IMG/VR virus record: IMGVR_UViG_3300020248_000002
Length of the DNA stretch: 64,000 bases
From: a virus
Reading direction: 5' to 3' (one strand)
The notes beneath the pieces are model-generated. The model saw only the letters and a list, made by a program, of their open reading frames with translations. It did no database searches and was not told where the DNA came from. The position numbers and the translations under genes are program-made. This document shows positions 58,219-64,000 of this stretch, piece after piece. How positions within the stretch are numbered: the first letter of the stretch is position 1; every line of letters starts with the position of its first letter.

Positions 58219-58487
58219 ATCCTTGGTATGCCAAGATGGAAAGATGGGCAAAGAAACAAAGGTTTCCTATCAATCATCTTTTACTAGGTCTTGTAGCATA
58301 TCTTAAAGAAGAATGGATAGAGCAGAAGATAGAGAACACAATGGATGATGTAGATAGGCAGGTAGAACAGATTAAAGAAGACTGGGATGCTGAGGAACGT
58401 GAACAGTTTGGAGTGATAAATAGTTCACCTTCAGAAGTGAAGGGTTTAAACAATTTTGAAATTAATTACAATGCAAAAGATCATTAA
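58164..58487 (+). CDS. hypothetical protein
   Basis: FEKQFGKGVDPWYAK; start refined to MEKKK. Confidence 0.6.
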   Translation: MEKKKTLLKFEKQFGKGVDPWYAKMERWAKKQRFPINHLLLGLVAYLKEEWIEQKIENTMDDVDRQVEQIKEDWDAEEREQFGVINSSPSEVKGLNNFEINYNAKDH

Positions 58488-58698
58488 TGGAATCGCTATT
58501 GCAAGTGGTGTTATCTCTCTCACCGTTGTTGGTACTGTTGGGTATGTATTCATACGCAAGGATGCGATTATCGAAAACGTCAAAGGTAAAATAATGGAAG
58601 CAGTTATGCCTTCTATGGGCGGTGCTATTCAAAAATCATTACCTGATATAACTGGACCTGTCTTACCTACTGGACCTAACCTACCTAAAGGAATGTAA
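58471..58698 (+). CDS. single-TM hypothetical protein
   Basis: MQKIINGIAIASGVISLTVVG; late-promoter-like ATAAATA at 58416. Confidence 0.65.
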   Translation: MQKIINGIAIASGVISLTVVGTVGYVFIRKDAIIENVKGKIMEAVMPSMGGAIQKSLPDITGPVLPTGPNLPKGM

Positions 58699-59465
58699 TG
58701 GAAGAAATCCCAAATATTATTATTTCGGATCTCTACATACCAAACACAAATGCTGTAAATGTACCACCGTGGGTTGGAAAACCCGCGTGGTCGTTTGGTC
58801 CTAGCGTTCCTGTAACAGTTGACATTGGAACTCCTGTTGTCAATATTCCAGGTTGCGTTGAAGCACACGAACTCAATAATCAAAAAAATAAAAATCTTGC
58901 TGAGGATGATCCTGATAAAACTATCACATATTGTGATGGAGGAGTACCATCTTTTGAGACTATAGATTATAGAGAAGATGAATTAATATTTGAACAGGAG
59001 ACTGTGGTTCCAGATATAGCACCACCTCCAGAAATAGAAACACCAGAAGTAACACCACCAAACATACCTTCTACAGATAAAGAAATAGAATGCCCTGCAC
59101 CTAATCAACCTAGAGTTGGTGATCTAACTCAGAATGGAGAAGAGAGAGTTATAGGTCACGAGGTACGAGAAGGTCAATGTGTAGTGTTATATGAGGACAC
59201 TACAGTAGTCGAAAAATTTTTACCATCTACAAATCAAGTATCTGTGACAGCAGCGATAGCAGTGGTTGCTACAGCATCTGCTGCTGCGACACCATTATTA
59301 TTGAGAGTTATAAAACCTGCAATAAAAAAACTCACTACTACCATACAGAAGAAGTTCGGTAAAGAACCACCTAAGTTAAGTCGTAATGAGATACAGTGTA
59401 ATAAATATCGTGAGAAAAAAGGACTACCTCCCTTCAAACTTCCTAAAAAGAAAAAGAAAAATTAA
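58698..59465 (+). CDS. Pro-rich protein with C-terminal TM and basic tail
   Basis: PVTVDIGTPVVNIPGCVEAH; TM segment VTAAIAVVATASAAATPLLL. Confidence 0.7.
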   Translation: MEEIPNIIISDLYIPNTNAVNVPPWVGKPAWSFGPSVPVTVDIGTPVVNIPGCVEAHELNNQKNKNLAEDDPDKTITYCDGGVPSFETIDYREDELIFEQETVVPDIAPPPEIETPEVTPPNIPSTDKEIECPAPNQPRVGDLTQNGEERVIGHEVREGQCVVLYEDTTVVEKFLPSTNQVSVTAAIAVVATASAAATPLLLRVIKPAIKKLTTTIQKKFGKEPPKLSRNEIQCNKYREKKGLPPFKLPKKKKKN

Positions 59466-60340
59466 TTATTACCAATAGATACTTCTTTTAATAATGAAGC
59501 ATCTGTACTAGGTATTGTATGAGCGTGGTTTGGAAGAACTCCAGGTGGGTTTACTAGAACCACATCGGCACATACAGCATAGTATGGTGAGTCTTTATGG
59601 AACATTATTCCTGCCTTCATCAGTTCACCACAATTTTTTAATCTCGCGATCTCAAAGTCTAATCTTTTATTAGCAGTGAGTTGTTGTGAATATGCTATTT
59701 GAGTTGCTACTGCTTCCTTACACTGGTCTTGTAGTGTCTTGTCTAATGGTTTAGACCACGTTGCACTAAAACCTATTGATATAGAATGATTATCTTTCTG
59801 ACCTGTTCTTACTGGAACTTCATATAACACCACCCCTGGATTATCTGGTGCACCATCTCCTGTGGGATTTCCATTTGCATCTGTAGTACCAGTCAAGTCA
59901 CGCATATCATACACTTGATCAAACCATATATCTTCGTAGGGACGTTGTAGAGATGTACTCCCTGTAACATACGGTGTGAAGTTTAACGTTGGACCTTGAC
60001 ATTGTATGCCATTTCCATAAGTGTTAGTTATATACGGACCCTGCAAAACCTGTATAGCTTGATTTGTGACACTTCCAGAACTGTTTGCTATTGGCGATGC
60101 TGTTGCTGACACACCACCAACTGTCTCTGCACGCATAGGTAGAGCGTTAGCAGTGAGAACTGTTGCTATTATTGTTGAAATATACTTTGCGTATCTGTGA
60201 CCGAAGTTACGGTTGTTTCTCTTTGTATTACTGTATGATTTATTAGACCTGGGGCACGATACGTCTCCGTGAACTGGAACGCTGCTCCTGGAGTTGTTAT
60301 CGTGTAGTTTGGTTTGTTTGCGTGGTCTAAGTCTTGCCAT
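59462..60340 (-). CDS. exported/membrane protein with amphipathic beta-strands (start uncertain)
   Basis: Signal-like IIATVLTANALPMRA; CQGPTLNFTPY; SISIGFSATWSKPL; RLKNCGEL. Confidence 0.65.
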   Translation of the reverse strand: MARLRPRKQTKLHDNNSRSSVPVHGDVSCPRSNKSYSNTKRNNRNFGHRYAKYISTIIATVLTANALPMRAETVGGVSATASPIANSSGSVTNQAIQVLQGPYITNTYGNGIQCQGPTLNFTPYVTGSTSLQRPYEDIWFDQVYDMRDLTGTTDANGNPTGDGAPDNPGVVLYEVPVRTGQKDNHSISIGFSATWSKPLDKTLQDQCKEAVATQIAYSQQLTANKRLDFEIARLKNCGELMKAGIMFHKDSPYYAVCADVVLVNPPGVLPNHAHTIPSTDASLLKEVSIGNN

Positions 60341-60612
60341 TGCGAAGTCACTCCATTAATAGTATTAGATGAACCATTCCCTATAGCGGGTGATATGGTT
60401 GTTCCATCTTGTGATATGTTTGTACCACTGACCGAATATTGCCACCCTGTCGCATAATCCATAGAATTTATGGTCTCCGTCACGGTGGAAGTCGTTTCCG
60501 TGTGGGAAGTCATACTACCCTGAGAAAAATTTGGCACCACAGGCACTGCTATGACTGGGTTTACGCCCATAGTCAACGTTGCAATGCCACATATGTACCA
60601 TACACGTTTCAT
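60169..60612 (-). CDS. exported Thr-rich beta protein
   Basis: Signal peptide ending VIA; VPVVPNFSQGSMTSHTETTSTVTETI. Confidence 0.7.
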   Translation of the reverse strand: MKRVWYICGIATLTMGVNPVIAVPVVPNFSQGSMTSHTETTSTVTETINSMDYATGWQYSVSGTNISQDGTTISPAIGNGSSNTINGVTSQWQDLDHANKPNYTITTPGAAFQFTETYRAPGLINHTVIQRETTVTSVTDTQSIFQQ

Positions 60613-60625
60613 ATTATATAGTTAC

Positions 60626-61135
60626 TTATTGGATGGTTAATTCAGTTGTGAATTGTCCTACAGCACCTGTACCTGCTCCACCTGCTGTTAGTGAAATCGT
60701 ACCAGATGAATCAACAGTTCCTGCTAAACTATCTTTTGTACCTGCTGCTGTGGATGTCTGATTACCGAACGCTGATACTGCACCTGTGGTCAACGTTGTT
60801 GATATGGCATCACCTTGATTCCAAGATTGTGTAAAGCTGAAACTTTCCCCTGCTGTTGCCTGAACTGCACCGAGAGAAGGTATTGCTCCGACACCTGTAG
60901 ATGCGGTGATTGTCATAGCACCTATGGTGTTGTATGATGCACCATTAGAATCTGTACCAGTTGTTGTAACGTTATTACCTGATACACTGTAAACGTTTGG
61001 AGTACGACTTACCTGAGTCGCTGCTGCATTCACATTTAACTGGATACTAGATTGAATTTTATGCGTTAAATCTGCCCTCGCTGATAGAGGTGCACCCAAT
61101 ATTCCCATAACAATAACGAAAGCGAGTTTCTTCAT
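60626..61135 (-). CDS. exported G/S/T/A-rich beta protein
   Basis: Classical signal peptide MKKLAFVIVMGILGAPLSARA; late-promoter-like CTAAATA on the minus strand at 61166-61172. Confidence 0.72.
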   Translation of the reverse strand: MKKLAFVIVMGILGAPLSARADLTHKIQSSIQLNVNAAATQVSRTPNVYSVSGNNVTTTGTDSNGASYNTIGAMTITASTGVGAIPSLGAVQATAGESFSFTQSWNQGDAISTTLTTGAVSAFGNQTSTAAGTKDSLAGTVDSSGTISLTAGGAGTGAVGQFTTELTIQ

Positions 61136-61283
61136 TGTCTTTAAATTTAGAGACTATACTGGCTCTATTTAGACAAATGAATGGTTTCGTGACACCCGTA
61201 TATTTACTTATGGTTATCCTCCTAGTCATAGCAATACATATAGTGTTAAATAGTATTGTCGCCTTACAGGGACACTATTCACA

Positions 61284-61299
61284 CTCGCTTAAAAAGGAG
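61284..61299 (+). promoter_or_regulatory. ROSE-like SD-sequestering hairpin (candidate RNA thermometer)
   Basis: CTC(G)CTT-AAA-AAGGAG: a UCGCU motif pairs with the SD leaving a bulged G, 7 nt before the hsp20 ATG. Confidence 0.55.
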
Positions 61300-61306
61300 A
61301 ACTATT

Positions 61307-61750
61307 ATGGGTACGCTATCTAGGTACACAGCAAATGACCTTGACTTTCTAATGGATGCTATAGAGAAAACAAGCATCGGATTAGGACCAACTCTTAAGA
61401 GATTGGATGTCACAAACGGATCTAACAGATCCTATCCACCATATAACATCATCAAAAACTCAGAAGAAAACTGGGAGATTGAGATGGCACTTGCAGGATG
61501 GGATAAAGATGACATAGAAGTATCTACAGAACAAAACGTTCTAACTATTGCATCTAAAAAAAGTAAAGAAGATGAAGAACCACGCACACACGTGCATCGT
61601 GGACTCGCATCTAGAGAATTTACTCAGACTTTTAACCTTGCTGATGATGTAGAGATTGGAGAAGTTCAATACAAGAACGGTCTTCTATCAATAAGTTTGA
61701 ACAAGATTGTACCAGAACATCAGAAGAGAAAAGTCTTTGATATATCCTAA
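61307..61750 (+). CDS. hsp20: small heat shock protein Hsp20
   Basis: YPPYNI; IEMALAG; HRGLASREF..TF.L; NGLLSI.L..IVPE; AGGAG SD before ATG 61307. Confidence 0.93.
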   Translation: MGTLSRYTANDLDFLMDAIEKTSIGLGPTLKRLDVTNGSNRSYPPYNIIKNSEENWEIEMALAGWDKDDIEVSTEQNVLTIASKKSKEDEEPRTHVHRGLASREFTQTFNLADDVEIGEVQYKNGLLSISLNKIVPEHQKRKVFDIS

Positions 61751-61761
61751 ATTAAGGACAC

Positions 61762-61790
61762 TTGACAATGTTAGTGTATTAAGATATACT
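61762..61790 (+). promoter_or_regulatory. sigma70 promoter TTGACA-N17-TATACT with overlapping GTA-N8-TAC box
   Basis: Consensus -35 and near-consensus -10; GTATTAAGATATAC at 61776-61789. Confidence 0.7.
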
Positions 61791-61800
61791 ATATAATTAT

Positions 61801-61890
61801 ACAAAGGGATCGAAAGATCGTGCCCCTGCGTAGATTCAAAAGACACCTATGTCGAGGTAGTCTAACATCCGCGGGGGTTTTCCTTGCGAG
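61801..61890 (+). ncRNA. structured 5' leader RNA (candidate cis-regulatory element)
   Basis: GC-rich island with three hairpins, including GATC-GAAA-GATC, and an alternative long-range pairing. Confidence 0.55.
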
Positions 61891-61905
61891 AAATTAAAAA
61901 CAAAA

Positions 61906-62253
61906 ATGATTAAATCACTATTAGCAGTAGCATCTGTCTCTGCACTCTCAGCACCTGTACTAGCAGGTCCTTATGTCAACGTAGAAGTAAACTCATCTCT
62001 AACAGGTAGTAACTACACAGGCACAACAACAGAATTACAAGTCGGATATGAAGGAGACAACTGGTATGTTTCTGGTGGTCCTATCACAACTGCACCTGAC
62101 GGTGGTGAGTCTTCAACAGACTTCATTGGATACCTTGGTGGTTCTGTTGACGTAACCGAAGCAGTTGGAGTGTATGGAGAGTTTTCACTACAGACAGCAG
62201 ATGCTGCTGATAACGCATACGGTGTTAAGTTAGGTACAAAGTACACTTTCTAA
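61906..62253 (+). CDS. small porin-like outer-membrane beta protein
   Basis: Signal peptide ending VLA; alternating beta-strands; C-terminal GTKYTF (terminal Phe, BAM-type signal). Confidence 0.7.
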   Translation: MIKSLLAVASVSALSAPVLAGPYVNVEVNSSLTGSNYTGTTTELQVGYEGDNWYVSGGPITTAPDGGESSTDFIGYLGGSVDVTEAVGVYGEFSLQTADAADNAYGVKLGTKYTF

Positions 62254-62277
62254 ACCTTTATACATAATACACAACTG

Positions 62278-62306
62278 AAGAGACCCACCCATCGGGTCTC
62301 TTTTTT
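62278..62306 (+). terminator. intrinsic terminator
   Basis: AAGAGACCC-N7-GGGTCTCTT plus T-run. Confidence 0.8.
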
Positions 62307-62320
62307 ATTCAACTAAATTT

Positions 62321-62563
62321 ATGAACTACTATGTGAATTGCACACCTCGGCATATTAAAGAGAAGGAGAATGTCAATATGGACATCCCTACATCTGATGT
62401 CGAGGATTTTCTTTACTACGTTCGTCTCTTAGCGGACGAAAGAAATATTTCATCACGTCGTGCCTTTGGCGAACTTGTCAAAGGTGTTTACCAACAACTT
62501 ATGGAGAAAGAGTATGACCGTCAAGATCGTAAGAGTCGCCAACGGGGAAGATATAATCGCTGA
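62321..62563 (+). CDS. hypothetical protein
   Basis: Intact ORF following the terminator. Confidence 0.55.
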   Translation: MNYYVNCTPRHIKEKENVNMDIPTSDVEDFLYYVRLLADERNISSRRAFGELVKGVYQQLMEKEYDRQDRKSRQRGRYNR

Positions 62564-62882
62564 TGTTCAAGAAGCGTATCCTAATAAAGAAGTATATTCT
62601 CCTATTGGATACTTTCTTACTAACCCTTATCAGGTTATAGTAGAAGCAACAGCGGAAATGCTTTTTGAATCAGGAACTTCTGATGAACCACAAAAAATCA
62701 ATGACTTAGATCTACAACTATTTCCTTGGATACCTATGTCAGCAGACAAACGTTGTCTAGTACAGTTAAGTCAGGTTCAAACAATTTACAATCCACACCC
62801 AGAGTTATTATCTAAATGGGAAAAACTAACGGAGGCAGACAATGGCACCAATCAAACTGGTGATACTAAGGGACAGTCTTAG
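62514..62882 (+). CDS. conserved hypothetical protein (Sm-like) upstream of gp43
   Basis: GGAG SD; MTVKIVRVANGEDIIADV; LFPWIP. Confidence 0.7.
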   Translation: MTVKIVRVANGEDIIADVQEAYPNKEVYSPIGYFLTNPYQVIVEATAEMLFESGTSDEPQKINDLDLQLFPWIPMSADKRCLVQLSQVQTIYNPHPELLSKWEKLTEADNGTNQTGDTKGQS

Positions 62883-63081
62883 TTACCTTATGGGAGAGGT
62901 TACTGAATTAGATGAAGAACCATCATACTTAATTACAGGTTGTATGAAAATTGATGGTGATAAAGTATCTGCTTTTCCAGAACATACAGATCAAAGAGAT
63001 GTCTTCTTGACATCTGATGTAATTTTGACTATAGTAGATCCATCCAAAGACGCAATAACTAATTACAAGAAAGCATTGTGA
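62842..63081 (+). CDS. hypothetical protein
   Basis: GGAGG SD; LTSDVILTIVDP. Confidence 0.65.
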   Translation: MAPIKLVILRDSLSYLMGEVTELDEEPSYLITGCMKIDGDKVSAFPEHTDQRDVFLTSDVILTIVDPSKDAITNYKKAL

Positions 63082-64000
63082 GCAGATTATACTCTAACGT
63101 AACTTTACTAGGTGACTCTATCCTTTGTAGAGGATATGAAAATGGTGATCCAGTATCGTTTAAAGAGATTATCAAACCTACATTATTTGTTCCTTCACCT
63201 AAAGGTAAATGGAAGTCACTAACAGGTGAGAAAATGACACCTGTAGTGCAGGATGGTGCTCGTCGTGCTAGAGAGTTTATTGAAAAATATAAAGACGTTA
63301 ATAACTTTGAGGTTCACGGTTACGAACGTTTTGTATATCAATGGATCTCTGAAAAATATCCAGGTCAACTAAGATTCAATATGAGTGATATGAAAATCAT
63401 TACTATTGATATTGAGGTTGCTTGTGAAAATGGATTCCCTGATGTAGAAGCATCACAGGAGGAAATGCTTTGTATAACAATCAAAGATCTTGCTACTGGT
63501 AAGTTTATTACTTGGGGAACTCGTGAAGCAAAGGTAGACACAGAGTATCGAGTGTTCTGGACAGAACAGGAAATGCTTACCGACTTTCATAAGTGGTGGT
63601 GTTCTAATACACCTGATATTATTACTGGTTGGAACTGTAACTTGTATGATATACCTTACATTTGTCGTCGTCTAGAACGTGTACTAGGAGAGAAATGGCA
63701 GAAGTCATTATCACCTTGGAATAAAGTAAATATGCGAGAGGTCTACATTCAAGGACGTAGAAATCTTGCTTACGATATACTAGGTGTCAGCATCTTAGAT
63801 TATCTTGATCTCTATAGAAAGTTTACATATACTAATCAAGAATCATATCGTCTAGAGCATATTGCTACAGTAGAACTTGGTGAAGGTAAACTAGATCATA
63901 GTGAGTTTGAAAACTTTAAAGATTTCTATACAGAACATTGGCAGAAGTTTGTAGAGTACAACATTAAAGACGTTGATCTAGTTGACAGACTAGAGAAGAA
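63078..64000 (+). CDS. gp43: B-family DNA polymerase gp43 (3' partial; not in ORF track)
   Basis: GTG start MSRLYSNV; ExoI TIDIEV..ENGFPD; ExoII TGWN..LYDIPYI; LDYLDLYRKFT..NQESYRL; ExoIII YNIKDV. Confidence 0.95.
   Translation, partial: MSRLYSNVTLLGDSILCRGYENGDPVSFKEIIKPTLFVPSPKGKWKSLTGEKMTPVVQDGARRAREFIEKYKDVNNFEVHGYERFVYQWISEKYPGQLRFNMSDMKIITIDIEVACENGFPDVEASQEEMLCITIKDLATGKFITWGTREAKVDTEYRVFWTEQEMLTDFHKWWCSNTPDIITGWNCNLYDIPYICRRLERVLGEKWQKSLSPWNKVNMREVYIQGRRNLAYDILGVSILDYLDLYRKFTYTNQESYRLEHIATVELGEGKLDHSEFENFKDFYTEHWQKFVEYNIKDVDLVDRLEK

Noticed and set aside
61135-61323. 62-aa hydrophobic ORF across the divergent promoter region
   Set aside because: TTG start without an SD; overlaps two promoters and the hsp20 leader; hydrophobicity is explained by AT content.
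61801-61890. GC-rich structured segment as a tRNA
   Set aside because: No cloverleaf, TTCGA T-loop or acceptor stem; no tRNA was recognised anywhere in the window.

Overview
A 64 kb AT-rich segment of a T4-like marine cyanomyophage (Kyanoviridae-like). The host is probably Prochlorococcus or Synechococcus, judging from pcyA, cobS, hsp20 and the many 2OG-Fe(II) oxygenases. Left to right it carries: baseplate and fibre genes (YHYH protein, gp8, VrlC-like protein, a 2017-aa fibre); neck, terminase, tail and head genes (gp13-gp23, gp3); uvsY, uvsW, gp55, gp47 and gp46; a VWA-peptidase/CobS pair; the gp45-gp44-gp62-regA replisome cluster, interrupted by denV-like, dam and four dioxygenase genes; an island of membrane/exported proteins; hsp20; a small outer-membrane protein; and the 5' part of DNA polymerase gp43. 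The most interesting signals not explained by standard annotation are: (1) a ROSE-like hairpin sequestering the hsp20 Shine-Dalgarno (candidate phage RNA thermometer); (2) a switch-like structured leader and an NtcA-type box ahead of the small OMP gene; (3) a divergent three-gene exported-protein operon with a dual-coding overlap; (4) codon-level purging of CATG, GCTGG/CCAGC, AGCT and GGCC while GATC is kept; (5) a Lys-rich protein punctuated by prohead-protease-like sites; and (6) an antisense sigma70 promoter back-to-back with the gp55 promoter. All calls come from reading the sequence by eye; no searches or folding programs were run.
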